A stretch of DNA of 64,000 nt from Zestosphaera sp. Lineage in GTDB: Archaea > Thermoproteota > Thermoprotei_A > Sulfolobales > NBVN01. Both the position numbers and the translations under genes were made by a program. This document shows, in pieces, positions 8,168 through 18,146 of this stretch (its first letter is position 1; every line of letters starts with the position of its first letter). The notes beneath the pieces are model-generated. The model was not told where the DNA came from. It saw nothing but the letters and a program-made list of their open reading frames with translations, and did not search any database. The DNA lies in contig JAWBSH010000003.1 of assembly GCA_038843015.1 (NCBI GenBank), positions 69,343-133,342 of the forward strand, given 5' to 3'.

Positions 8168-9003
8168 ATTTGATCAACCCAGAAATACCTACTTATGAAC
8201 CAGAGAGGAAATACGGGACCATGCTTACAAACGAAGTAAGGACCCATCTGGCAGTGGCCACACAAACCAACACCACACTTCATTCTCCTCTCAAGAGATA
8301 AGTAAATCTTGTTAGTTTTGAATCCCCTCTTAAGTAGTTCTCGAACAGCGAACTTCATCATTATCTCAGGACCGCAGATGAAAGCGTACGACTCGCTAGG
8401 GTCCACGTCAACATGCTTTATCAGGTTTGTCACGACACCAACGTTACCTCTCCAACCCTCACTAGGCTTATCAACAGTCACATAGAACTCCGTGTTAGGG
8501 ATTGACTCATAGTCACCGTACTCGTAGCTGAACATGAGGTCTTCAGGAGTTCTAGCACCGTAAAGAATGATTAGCTTCCCGACCGCGCTCCTATTCCTAG
8601 CTACCTCTCTTATCACAGGCCTTAAGGGAGGCAAGCCAATCCCGCCAGCAACCAAAACTATATTCTTGCCGTACGCAGCATCCATGGGCCACCCAATACC
8701 GTAGGGGCCTCTGAAACCAATTAAATCGCCCTCTCTGAGCAACTCGAAAGTCTTAGTAACAGAACCAACAAACCTGACAGTATGTGCGACAACTCTTGAC
8801 TCTTCGTCTAAGTCGCTAACAGATATCGGTACCTCACCAACCCCGTGCACGTAGAGCATGTTAAACTGTCCTGGCTTGGGTAGCTCAAGACCGTCAGGTA
8901 ACTTCACGTAGTATGTCCTAACATTCGAGGTCTCGACTCTAACACGAGCTATCGAAGCTTTAAGAGGGACTAAAGCCGCCGTGTATTTACCCACCCTTAC
9001 CAC
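8164..9003 (-). CDS. hydG: Hydrogenase gamma subunit (FAD/NAD(P)-binding, 2Fe-2S; PyrK/AsrB-like)
   Basis: Ferredoxin-reductase-type fold (GQFNMLYV..GVGEVPIS, LVAGGIGLPPL) with a C-terminal CGVGLCGHCQ 2Fe-2S motif. Confidence 0.8.
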   Translation of the reverse strand: MVRVGKYTAALVPLKASIARVRVETSNVRTYYVKLPDGLELPKPGQFNMLYVHGVGEVPISVSDLDEESRVVAHTVRFVGSVTKTFELLREGDLIGFRGPYGIGWPMDAAYGKNIVLVAGGIGLPPLRPVIREVARNRSAVGKLIILYGARTPEDLMFSYEYGDYESIPNTEFYVTVDKPSEGWRGNVGVVTNLIKHVDVDPSESYAFICGPEIMMKFAVRELLKRGFKTNKIYLSLERRMKCGVGLCGHCQMGPYFVCKHGPVFPLWFISRYFWVDQI

Positions 9004-10063
9004 CTCTCAGAACCTTCTTTACGGTCTCCCTCAAGTCTATGCCGGTAGGACACCAAGTAATACACCTCCCACACCCTACACACCCGTACATACCGAACTG
9101 CTTTATCCAGTAAGCAAGTTTATGGAGAACAAAATGTCTGTATCTAGCCCACAAATCAGGTCTGAAGTGTCCTCCAGCTACCTGACCGTAAGTGAAGTTC
9201 AAGCAACCGTCCCACACTCTGACTCTCTCGGCAGACCCATCAATTAACGGGACATCAAACACATCAAAACAAAAACATGTCGGACAAACCATGTTGCAGT
9301 TTGCGCAACCAAGACACTTCTCGACGATTTCCTCGTAAGTCTTAGACTCTATACGCAACTCGAGCTCTTCAGGCAACCCGTTTAACTCAAACCCAGCCCT
9401 AGCCTTCTCGCTAGCGTTACGCATCATTACCTCAAATCTCTCGTACGTGACGTCGTCAATAGGCTCTACCTCAAGTAAGTTAAGGAGTTTCAAGCCAAGC
9501 TCGCTGCCAGCCTCCACCACCAACTTATCATTCAGTCTAGTATACGCTAAGTCAAAAGAGTCCCTAGCTCTAGGGCCTGTATTCATGGTACTGCAGAAGC
9601 ACGTGCCGCCAGGACTAACGCAATTCTCGACAACGAGAACCAAGTTCTTTCTAAGACTTGTGTAATACTCGTCAACACCTAGGAGAATCTTGTCAAGCAC
9701 TTTAATAGACGCTAAATCACAAGGTTTTAAACCGAAAAACGCGATGTTACGCTCCTCATACGCCGGGACACTCACAACCCACTCACTAGAAACCTTAAAG
9801 AGAGTTAGAGTAGGTGGGTAAAGAAATCTCTTAGGCGAGTCTGGTCCGTGTCTATAAAAATCACCACTAACTAGCGAGTACTTACCAGGACTCTGGATAT
9901 CTTCAACATCATGAGCGAGCTCCTCAAAAGAATTTAGTTCACCGAGTCTCAACACCCCGTCAACCACCTTATACCCGATAACTACGTACCCTAACCTCCT
10001 CAACTCACTAAACAGAATCCTCAGACTGACAGCCCTTCCTACGTAAAGACCTGTTAGTGACAC
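8987..10063 (-). CDS. hydB: Hydrogenase beta subunit (4Fe-4S; AsrA-like)
   Basis: CLGCANCNMVCPTCFCF and CVGCGRCITWCPTGI ferredoxin-type clusters. First gene of the operon. Confidence 0.8.
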   Translation of the reverse strand: MSLTGLYVGRAVSLRILFSELRRLGYVVIGYKVVDGVLRLGELNSFEELAHDVEDIQSPGKYSLVSGDFYRHGPDSPKRFLYPPTLTLFKVSSEWVVSVPAYEERNIAFFGLKPCDLASIKVLDKILLGVDEYYTSLRKNLVLVVENCVSPGGTCFCSTMNTGPRARDSFDLAYTRLNDKLVVEAGSELGLKLLNLLEVEPIDDVTYERFEVMMRNASEKARAGFELNGLPEELELRIESKTYEEIVEKCLGCANCNMVCPTCFCFDVFDVPLIDGSAERVRVWDGCLNFTYGQVAGGHFRPDLWARYRHFVLHKLAYWIKQFGMYGCVGCGRCITWCPTGIDLRETVKKVLRGGKGG

Positions 10064-10160
10064 GCGATATCACCAACTAACAAGCGATCACGTATTCTTC
10101 TCTAATCGCTATATTATGCCATTAGTAATATAAGCTTTAAGGTAACTCGTCAATTGCGAA

Positions 10161-12491
10161 TTACTTTGAAAGCATACTGGAAACAAAACTTTTGTAGTTC
10201 TGGAAATCTATACTCTCTCCTTTCATGAAACACTCCTCATAATCAACTAATGTCTCATTCCTTAATCGATCTATAGAGAGTCTTATTCTGCAATCACCTG
10301 CTTCAAGCAGTTTCTCGTCATGAGTCACTAATATTACTTGCGCTTCACCTAAGTCACTACCTATAGACTCTATCAACTCCCTCAGCTTCTCAACTCTCTC
10401 AGGACTGAATCCGAGTGTCGGCTCGTCCATTATCAAGACAGAGTCTCTCAATTCTTTATTTAAGTCTCTCACCACTCTATTCAGAGCTAGCCTGTAAGCA
10501 AGACCTAAAGCAATTAACTGAGCACCGCTAGGCTGAGAAATCTCGCGTTCTCCGGCAACACCAGCTCTAACTCTCAACGCGGGCCTAAAATCACTTACTG
10601 AAGCCTCGACTAACTCCTGGTCTTCAAGAAGCTTAACGAAGTACTCCTGGAAATACTCCCTGAATCTCTCGTGCGCTAAACTACGAACAACATTCTCTAT
10701 AGCCTCAACACCTTTATAAATATTGTCAATTAAGTAACCTCTAACCTTAGTAAGGACAGATGCTCTCGACTCAAGCTCTCTCAACTCATTACTTAACTCG
10801 ACATACTTCTCTAGCTCCCTCTCTAGGTTATTTATCTTCTCAGTAACTTCTCCTAATTCCTTACTATAGCTCTTCTCCGCTTCTCTGATATTATTTAATT
10901 CGGTATTCAAATTGTCTGCAATCTCTTTATACTTCTTGAACTCACTATCAGCACTGCTGAGTTCCTCTAACACCTTACTTTTTTCTAGAGTCTCCTGCTC
11001 TAACCTAGAGACCTCTTCATGAAGTTCAGCAACTTGCTTCAGTTTAGGAATACTAGCTTCCACCTCTCTAAGCTCTCTCGAAATTTTCTCTCGCCAGTTA
11101 CTTAACTCGTCTTTCTTCTTCCTTACCTCTTCTTTCTCTTTAGAGCGCTCGAGTAGAAGAAGCTTCTTAGACCAGAGTTCCCTAACTAGAGGCACTACCC
11201 TCATAGCAATCTCACGCATTTCTGCACGCTTTCCCCTCATTAACTCCTCACCGTATTCACGCGTTATTGATTGCTTACATAAAGGGCACATACCCTGAGC
11301 CACAATACCTCCCATCTCCAAGACCTCACCCCAAATCTCCCTAACTCTGTTCTTGACGTTCTCTATCTCAGCTTCCAGCCTAGATATGCACGCTAGAACG
11401 TTCTTTAAATCACTCTCAATGTTCTCTAATTTCCTATCTAGTTGCTCAATGTCTTTACTCACGCGAGACTCTTCACTCTCTAAACTCTGTACACGTGCTT
11501 GAAGCTCCTTAATAAGCTCATCAACACCCTCTACACTGTTCAAGCCTGCCTCCGAAAGAATCTTATAAAGCCTCCCCTTCTTACTCACTAAATCTCTTTC
11601 TTTTTCGTTAATGACCTTAATCTTGTTCCTTAACTCACCTATCTTAAGACTTAACTCACTCATTACATTAGTAAGCCTTTCTTTCTCCGCCTCTAGAGAC
11701 TCACGACGAGCACGTAACTCGTTTAGTCTCTTACTCAACTCTTCACGCCAATCCCTCAACTCACTTAGTTTAGCCTTCACCTCATCTACGCTTATCTTCT
11801 TAAGGTCTCTTCTGCGTTCCTCTATTATCTTATTGATAGTGTCGAGTTCGCTACCGATCACCGAGCCCTTGCCTTTAGCTATCTTCTCAATATTGTTTAA
11901 TGCTGCCATGTACTTATCTAGTCCTAAAACCCTATCAACTAATTCTCTCCTCTGTTTATCGTCAAGGACTAGTATCTGATGTATATTAAACTGAGGAACG
12001 TACATTACGTTGCTGAATACATATGTGCTCCTGCTTTTCCTAGGATCTTCTCTTAAGCCGAATATCTCGAGTATCCTTATAGTGAGGTCTTCTGAAGAGT
12101 AACTGTTACTCGATTCTATCTTGAGCGTGCCACCAGCACTACTAAATATCGTTATCTTACCTCCCCTATCACCGTTAAGCCTCCTCTCAATCAGTATTAG
12201 TTTTCCTTTATGCCTCACCAGTATTCTAACCATCGCTGAAGATGCGCCAACCCTCAGTAAGTCATCTCTGTAAGGACTAACAAAACCTGCGAAAGGATCA
12301 CTACTTTTCTGTCCTCTAGGCAAGCCAAATAAGGCGTAGTTAATACCGAGTAGTATAGAAGTCTTTCCAGTTCCGTTATCTCCGTAAATGACTGTAGTCC
12401 CGGACGGCGGGAAGACAATTACCTCATCTACGTAACTCCTAATATTCTTTAACCTAACTCCCAGGACCCTCATTCCCGCGCACCTCACCAA
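10161..12491 (-). CDS. rad50: Rad50 DNA double-strand-break repair ATPase
   Basis: Walker A GDNGTGKTS, long E/K/L-rich coiled coil, central zinc hook GMCPLCKQ, signature SGAQLIALGLAYRLAL, Walker B LIMDEPT. The real start is probably the ATG at 12473 (MRVLGVRLKNIRSY). Confidence 0.85.
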   Translation of the reverse strand: MVRCAGMRVLGVRLKNIRSYVDEVIVFPPSGTTVIYGDNGTGKTSILLGINYALFGLPRGQKSSDPFAGFVSPYRDDLLRVGASSAMVRILVRHKGKLILIERRLNGDRGGKITIFSSAGGTLKIESSNSYSSEDLTIRILEIFGLREDPRKSRSTYVFSNVMYVPQFNIHQILVLDDKQRRELVDRVLGLDKYMAALNNIEKIAKGKGSVIGSELDTINKIIEERRRDLKKISVDEVKAKLSELRDWREELSKRLNELRARRESLEAEKERLTNVMSELSLKIGELRNKIKVINEKERDLVSKKGRLYKILSEAGLNSVEGVDELIKELQARVQSLESEESRVSKDIEQLDRKLENIESDLKNVLACISRLEAEIENVKNRVREIWGEVLEMGGIVAQGMCPLCKQSITREYGEELMRGKRAEMREIAMRVVPLVRELWSKKLLLLERSKEKEEVRKKKDELSNWREKISRELREVEASIPKLKQVAELHEEVSRLEQETLEKSKVLEELSSADSEFKKYKEIADNLNTELNNIREAEKSYSKELGEVTEKINNLERELEKYVELSNELRELESRASVLTKVRGYLIDNIYKGVEAIENVVRSLAHERFREYFQEYFVKLLEDQELVEASVSDFRPALRVRAGVAGEREISQPSGAQLIALGLAYRLALNRVVRDLNKELRDSVLIMDEPTLGFSPERVEKLRELIESIGSDLGEAQVILVTHDEKLLEAGDCRIRLSIDRLRNETLVDYEECFMKGESIDFQNYKSFVSSMLSK

Positions 12492-14550
12492 GGAGGGCCT
12501 TCATCATATTACTGTTTATCAAGTCTTTCTCTAACCTAATCATCTTGCTAAATTCTTCTTCTATCTCACTACGGTAGTCAAAGTAGGCTGGGACGTAGAC
12601 GGGTATGGGCTCACTAACGCTTAAGTCGGGCGTGTAGAGGTACCCCTCCCTATCACTAAGGCTTGGCAGTGCTTCTGCTGGAACACCTATGTTGCTCAAG
12701 TAGTCTATGTCGGTTCTGTGTTTAGTCCTTAAAGCTATTAATGTATTGAAGTTTGCTAGTATCTGCTTCTCAATCATGGTTGCTATCTGGGATAAAGCTA
12801 TTAAGCCTATACCGAATTTCCTCCCCTCTCTAGCTAATCTAGCGAATATATTGTAGGGGCTTGACACTCTCTCGGGACTGAGGTATAGGGGCGCCTCCTC
12901 AGAAACGACAGCCACAACTGGCTTCTTCCTAGCTTCCTCAACCCCCGCAAGCATTCTCTCCTCAAAAAGCCTCCTCAAAACACTAATAACGACCATGTCA
13001 CCGAGAGATAAAGGCAACTTAGAAACGTCGAGAACTACTACAGCTCCCTCATCAAGCTTACTTACTAAACCACCAAGATCTAACGAGCTAGGAGTCAAGT
13101 CAGAGAATCTGCCGCCTCTAGCACTTGACCAGGGATAGCGGGGAACCTTATCTCCAGGCGTCTCCTCAGCAGAACTAGTTAAGGCTTTAAGCAACGTAAT
13201 CACTGATTGCGGGTCTTTAAGTATTGGCGAGACCTTAAATACCGAGTTCTTGTCGTCAATAACACTAACACCAACTTTCTTACCGTCAGTCGGTAAGCTC
13301 TCTAGTCTCTCACGCCACCCAAAAACTGACAAAATCATTCTCCTAAAATCTCTCAACCTATTAACGTAGATTCCAGCATTAACGAATATCTTGTAAATTC
13401 CTTTCTTCTCGCGTTCCCCCACACCCTCATACCTAACCACATTGCTAGTCACGAGTGGTATTAGAGCTAAGAGATTCCCTGTAGGTTCGTCGTTCTCGTC
13501 AATAAAGACTCTGACGCACGACTTATCAATCCTGTATTCCTCAGTCTGAGGGGTTTTCTTAAGACTAATAGACTCAACACGCTGAGATGCCTGAGCTTCG
13601 GACGCGTTCCTGATTAAGGTAGCGAGTATTGAGGTGACCTCCAGCAACTCACTAACGTCTCTCTCGAATAACCCTGCAGCGTTAATGACGTCATAAACGT
13701 TCACGCTCGCGGCGTCGAAACCTCCCTCAAAGCGCGTTGTTAGGGGTCCTTCCCGCAAGCTAGTAACTCTCTCAACGTTGGTCTTAAGCGTGTAAACGTA
13801 GACGCCCGAGTACGAGCTCCTTAATCTCTTGTTTAATTCTAGTGCCCTACTTAAAACATCTACGAACCCGCCCGAACTAGAGTACTCTCCGTGTCTATCA
13901 GCTATAATCCAGGAGATAGGGCTGTTGCCGGACCTACCCCACTGAGTTATTATGCCCATAACGCTCGTAGTCTTGCCAGAGCCTGTTTGACCAGATATGA
14001 GGACGTGCTTAGATATCATGTCATGAAGATTTAACCTCAAGCACGCACTCCTAAAATACTTCTCCGGCATGAGCTCCTTAACTGAGGCTATCCCGGCTCT
14101 GAGCCACGCGATAGGGACTGCATCATCCTCGCTCTTAGGTATTCTGCTACTTAACAAACTCATAATGAGTTCTGACTCCTCATCACCTCCCCTAAGGAGG
14201 AAGACGGGAGTGTCGAGAGGGGGAGGCTGACTAGGTCTCGTAACGACTTTCTTGACCTCAGTGCCAGACCTCACCTCTCTTATCTCGAAAATAGGTGTTG
14301 CCTTAGCTAATAATGTCTTCTCGACGCCGTAAGAGTATTGAGAAGACCCCTCCCTAGCGAGGAAGGAAGTTGCGGCTACAGGTATCTCTCCCTCGAACCC
14401 GCTCACCTGAAGTAGTACGTAGCCAGACTCGACCTTAACGTATAGTATATCTCCTATACCCGGTCTGTAGTTCTTGTCAGATATAATCACGTATGTCGTC
14501 CCATCACGCCAAGCGTAAGTGAGACCTATGCGCTCAACCACCCTAATCAC
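12454..14550 (-). CDS. herA: HerA-type hexameric DNA translocase/helicase (FtsK-HerA superfamily)
   Basis: Walker A SGQTGSGKTT, Walker B-like VVAVVSEEAP, and position inside the mre11/nurA/rad50 operon. At 698 aa it is longer than my recollection of typical HerA (about 500 aa). Confidence 0.7.
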   Translation of the reverse strand: MIRVVERIGLTYAWRDGTTYVIISDKNYRPGIGDILYVKVESGYVLLQVSGFEGEIPVAATSFLAREGSSQYSYGVEKTLLAKATPIFEIREVRSGTEVKKVVTRPSQPPPLDTPVFLLRGGDEESELIMSLLSSRIPKSEDDAVPIAWLRAGIASVKELMPEKYFRSACLRLNLHDMISKHVLISGQTGSGKTTSVMGIITQWGRSGNSPISWIIADRHGEYSSSGGFVDVLSRALELNKRLRSSYSGVYVYTLKTNVERVTSLREGPLTTRFEGGFDAASVNVYDVINAAGLFERDVSELLEVTSILATLIRNASEAQASQRVESISLKKTPQTEEYRIDKSCVRVFIDENDEPTGNLLALIPLVTSNVVRYEGVGEREKKGIYKIFVNAGIYVNRLRDFRRMILSVFGWRERLESLPTDGKKVGVSVIDDKNSVFKVSPILKDPQSVITLLKALTSSAEETPGDKVPRYPWSSARGGRFSDLTPSSLDLGGLVSKLDEGAVVVLDVSKLPLSLGDMVVISVLRRLFEERMLAGVEEARKKPVVAVVSEEAPLYLSPERVSSPYNIFARLAREGRKFGIGLIALSQIATMIEKQILANFNTLIALRTKHRTDIDYLSNIGVPAEALPSLSDREGYLYTPDLSVSEPIPVYVPAYFDYRSEIEEEFSKMIRLEKDLINSNMMKALLGEVRGNEGPGS

Positions 14551-15857
14551 CTGTACCCGTACCTCATGCGAGTTGTAGGGGAAAAAACCTGAACTAAGAC
14601 GTCTGCTAACTCATTTTCTAGAGAACTACGTACTAGTCCTATTAAGGTGTCCTCAAACACTTTACTTTCTTCTTTGCTAAACCTAACTATTCTGTCAACC
14701 TCCATGTACCCGTAAGGAGGCTCTCCAACGAGCTTAGACCTAAGCCTAAAAAGCTCGTTGACTACCTCGTTTAAGACCTTCTTAACGTAGGTAGCTACAT
14801 GGACGTCAAACCTCACAGCATCACTTACTGAGAGAATAGGTTCCGGCACGTGCAAGTCTAAAACAAATATATTCTTAGAATCTGGTGTTAGAGGGAACCT
14901 AGCAACATACACGCCGTTCTTGTCATAAACAACTCTATTCACTATCCTGACAATTTCTTTAACTAGTTTCCTTCTTTCAGGTATTAATAGTTGTTCTGTG
15001 AGGACCCTACACACGACCTCACCCCTACTAATGCTGGGGGTTGTATAGAGCCCGCTAGACACACTCACTGAGCTCTGAAAAAGTCTGTAGCTACGGGCTA
15101 TGTTAGTGAACTTAGTTGTTTTAGAGAGACCTACAATACTCCATAAGAGATTCTTGATCGTCTCTACCTCAAGACCTGTAAGAGCAGAAACAATGTTTAA
15201 GCCGTCTACACGACCACTACTAGCTCTCTCAACAGCAAACCACTTTATTAGAGTGCCGTCTAGAACTACATACCTAGGCTTGAGTCCCGCTTCCTTAACA
15301 CTATGTAGGAGTTTAACCGCGTAAGCTAACTCTATTAATCCTTCAATATATTTAGTGAATTTAGTAAAGAAAGCGGGTTCTTTCTTAAGTGAAGGTCTCA
15401 CAAACTCTCTGACAAACCTGTTTATCTCTTGTGAGGCGATGAGGTCGTCGCCACGCCTCTCAAATAGTAGCGAGTCGCTGTTCGCGGACCTCACCTTAAT
15501 CCTGAACTCGTATTTATCACCAGAAGGTTTTCTACTAGAATATAAGACCATATTATCTACCGAAGACTTATTCAAGACCTCATTAACTGTCAGTAATCTC
15601 CCGTCAGAGTTTCTTAGTAAAGCGCTAATCTTTATGGGGATTATAAAGGAAATGTCTGTTTTGTAGGGGTAGAAGCCAGCATCAACGAAGCCTACGGTGA
15701 AGTACTCGCCTGAGTTACTCATGTTCTCTACTTCATAGTATGACTTAAGTACTTGATCTCTCAACTTCACTAACTCATCACTTCTAGAACTTAAGTAGTC
15801 GTGTTTAAGGTCATTGATTATCTCACTAAGTATGTCAGCTAGCCTCTCTTGACTCAC
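14547..15857 (-). CDS. nurA: NurA-like 5'-3' nuclease
   Basis: Sits between mre11 and herA with 4-nt and 23-nt overlaps. Acidic-residue blocks (GFVDAG, VVLDGTLI) are compatible with the NurA RNase H-like fold. The assignment rests mainly on context. Confidence 0.55.
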   Translation of the reverse strand: MSQERLADILSEIINDLKHDYLSSRSDELVKLRDQVLKSYYEVENMSNSGEYFTVGFVDAGFYPYKTDISFIIPIKISALLRNSDGRLLTVNEVLNKSSVDNMVLYSSRKPSGDKYEFRIKVRSANSDSLLFERRGDDLIASQEINRFVREFVRPSLKKEPAFFTKFTKYIEGLIELAYAVKLLHSVKEAGLKPRYVVLDGTLIKWFAVERASSGRVDGLNIVSALTGLEVETIKNLLWSIVGLSKTTKFTNIARSYRLFQSSVSVSSGLYTTPSISRGEVVCRVLTEQLLIPERRKLVKEIVRIVNRVVYDKNGVYVARFPLTPDSKNIFVLDLHVPEPILSVSDAVRFDVHVATYVKKVLNEVVNELFRLRSKLVGEPPYGYMEVDRIVRFSKEESKVFEDTLIGLVRSSLENELADVLVQVFSPTTRMRYGYR

Positions 15858-17127
15858 TGAACACCTCCTCCATCACCTTCATTAACTCCTTAAATAACTC
15901 TTCATAAAATTCGTCTTCACTAATACCTTCAGGTTTTTTCCTACCTAGGATATTAATGATCTCTAGTATTTTTTCTGAAGTTACTGTAAAACCTGATTTC
16001 CTGGCTAAGTCTTCTGCTACAGACCTCTCTATAGCTTCTATGTAGTCTTCACCAGGTCTTACATCTATCTCTACGGGTCCTCCCCTAGTCTTGAGTTCTG
16101 TGTTGAGCATGAGAGACACGTTCATGCTTTTCAAATCATTTCTCAAAATATCTGCTTCATATAAGAGCCTTCCGAGCTTACCTGACTCGACATTAGTTAA
16201 GTCAACTAATAAAGCTTTGAAATCGCCCTGCATATCCCTAGACAACTTCTTAATATGATTCAGAACTTCACTCACGTCAGTGAAAGATATTCTCTCGTAT
16301 ACTACCTCAACACCGAAATCACTCCACAAACTCTTTACTTTAGGTATTTCCTCACTCGGTTCAACAACTAAAAACCTCCTTTTCAAGCCCCTACTCTTAA
16401 GTTCGTGGGTTTCACGTAAGTCGTTTCTATCTCTGCCTACGGGCGCACCCGCGTACGCTGCTCTCAACCTAAACTCATGAGACAGCGGTAGGGGATAGTG
16501 TATATGTCCTAAAGCAACGTAAACCACTTTATCTGGGAGTCTCCTCAACCACTCATCACCTGAAATAAAGATCTTCCCGTACCTGCTTTCAAAGTCGCTT
16601 GGGTCGTAACCGTAAAACTTGACACTAGTGTGAGCCAGCACGATGACAGGCTTCTTAACCTCACTTATGTTATCGAAACGAACTCTACCCTCACTCAGCA
16701 ACTTAGCTTCAAAGCCTTTCTTAAGCCCCGGCACGCCGTAGAAAACGTACTCTCCCAGTTCTAGAGGCTTCAGCAGGAGGCCTTCAGCATCTTCCTCATG
16801 TCTAGTCAAGTGTATTAAGCCAGCATCTCTCAGGATATGAACGAGATCACTGCCCTTAACAGAAACGTCGTGACTTCCTGGAACACTAACCACGAAAACA
16901 CCACTGTCTCTCAATTCTTTCAATCCTATGATAACCTGCCTTAAGAAAAAGTAATTCTCGAGTCTAGGTCTCTCAAATAAGTCACCCGAGATTATTAAGT
17001 ACTTAATACTGTTTTCCTTCACATACTCAACGATCTCCCTAAAAGCCCTGAGAGAAGCTCCTGAGAGAGGAGAGTCACTAAACGCGCCTATATGTAGGTC
17101 AGCAGTATGGACAAGCAATTTCCTCAC
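15835..17127 (-). CDS. mre11: Mre11 nuclease (calcineurin-like phosphoesterase)
   Basis: Phosphoesterase motifs HTADLHIG, SGDLFE, GSHD and GHIH. GTG start. First gene of the operon. Confidence 0.85.
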   Translation of the reverse strand: MRKLLVHTADLHIGAFSDSPLSGASLRAFREIVEYVKENSIKYLIISGDLFERPRLENYFFLRQVIIGLKELRDSGVFVVSVPGSHDVSVKGSDLVHILRDAGLIHLTRHEEDAEGLLLKPLELGEYVFYGVPGLKKGFEAKLLSEGRVRFDNISEVKKPVIVLAHTSVKFYGYDPSDFESRYGKIFISGDEWLRRLPDKVVYVALGHIHYPLPLSHEFRLRAAYAGAPVGRDRNDLRETHELKSRGLKRRFLVVEPSEEIPKVKSLWSDFGVEVVYERISFTDVSEVLNHIKKLSRDMQGDFKALLVDLTNVESGKLGRLLYEADILRNDLKSMNVSLMLNTELKTRGGPVEIDVRPGEDYIEAIERSVAEDLARKSGFTVTSEKILEIINILGRKKPEGISEDEFYEELFKELMKVMEEVFSESREAS

Positions 17128-17214
17128 TCCCTATATAAGATTTGAGCTATGAACCTATAAATTACTAGTCGACTCTAGTACGTAGTCTTCTGGAATGTTC
17201 GCAAGACTTATATA

Positions 17215-17248
17215 GGTGCACTAAAATCATATTATGGTGCACTAAAAT
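17215..17248 (+). promoter_or_regulatory. Duplicated 13-mer GGTGCACTAAAAT spanning the cbiM promoter and start codon (candidate operator)
   Basis: Perfect copies at 17215..17227 and 17236..17248, giving a 21-nt period. The first abuts the TATA-like CTTATATAGG (17207..17216). The second contains the cbiM ATG (17247..17249). Each contains the palindrome GTGCAC. Confidence 0.3.
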
Positions 17249-17867
17249 GCACATACCAGACGGATACCTCTCACCAGCTGTTGCTGGAGTCACGTTACTT
17301 CTGACGTCAGGGCTCTTACTAGTAATTATACGCAAAATCTCGTCAGCGAAAGATTCTCTAAATAAGAAGATATCTTTGTTTACTGCTTTAAGTGCGGGGA
17401 TTTTCGTCGCACAGATGATTGCCTGGCCTATACCGGGAGGTACTAGCCTGCACTTAGTGGGGGGCGCTTTAGCCGGGATACTAGTAGGTCCATGGCTAGG
17501 TATTTTATCTATGAGTTTAGTACTCTTAGTTCAGTGTCTTGTCTTTCATGATGGTGGGTTGACAGCTATAGGAGCTAACATACTCAACATGGGTGTTATC
17601 GGGGTTCTAGCTGGTTACGCTGTGTTTAAGCTCGCTTACAGAGTTAGTAAGAAAGTATGGTTAAGTGGTTTTCTTGCAGGGTGGCTTAGCTTAACACTAG
17701 CTGGGCTTGCATGCGGTATTGAGTTGGGAATTTCGTGGAACTCTACAATACCGATATACGTGATGGGTCCATGGCATGTAGTCTTAGGCCTTATAGAGGG
17801 TTTAATAACTGGTAGCGTAGTAGGTTACCTCGCTCGCAAATCTCCTAATATTATAGGGTGGTCTTGA
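17247..17867 (+). CDS. cbiM: CbiM/NikM-type ECF transporter substrate-capture subunit (cobalt/nickel)
   Basis: The N-terminal MHIPDGYL motif is diagnostic of CbiM/NikM. 206 aa with multiple TM helices, followed by N/Q/O-type genes. Confidence 0.85.
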   Translation: MHIPDGYLSPAVAGVTLLLTSGLLLVIIRKISSAKDSLNKKISLFTALSAGIFVAQMIAWPIPGGTSLHLVGGALAGILVGPWLGILSMSLVLLVQCLVFHDGGLTAIGANILNMGVIGVLAGYAVFKLAYRVSKKVWLSGFLAGWLSLTLAGLACGIELGISWNSTIPIYVMGPWHVVLGLIEGLITGSVVGYLARKSPNIIGWS

Positions 17868-18142
17868 TGTCCTCTCGCAAAACACTCCTTACTTTATTCA
17901 TACTCTTGCTGTTAAGCCCTGTCTTTGGTGTAATCTTAGCTGAAGAGCTAGGATATCACGAGCCTCTAGATATAGTGGCTGAAGAGTTGGGATTGAGTGA
18001 ACTCGAATTCACTTGGACTCCTTTCAAAGACTATGCCGTGCCCGGGCTACCTGAGTGGTTAGGGTACATAATCTGCGGTGCCTTAGGAGTGCTAGTAATA
18101 GTTTCTGTAGGCTTCATAGTGAAGGCTTTAATAAGGCGGTGA
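17858..18142 (+). CDS. Small membrane protein in the CbiN position (PDGLE-domain-like)
   Basis: 94 aa with N- and C-terminal TM helices flanking GYHEPLDIVAEELGL, resembling PDGLE-domain proteins that replace CbiN. Overlaps cbiM. Confidence 0.5.
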   Translation: MVLMSSRKTLLTLFILLLLSPVFGVILAEELGYHEPLDIVAEELGLSELEFTWTPFKDYAVPGLPEWLGYIICGALGVLVIVSVGFIVKALIRR

Positions 18143-18146
18143 AGAA

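Noticed and set aside
11611-11979. 122-aa Ser/Leu-rich ORF on the plus strand
   Set aside because: It is the antisense image of the E/K/L-rich Rad50 coiled coil. Its composition (S/L/R runs) is what the reverse complement of GAA/AAG/CTT-rich codons produces.
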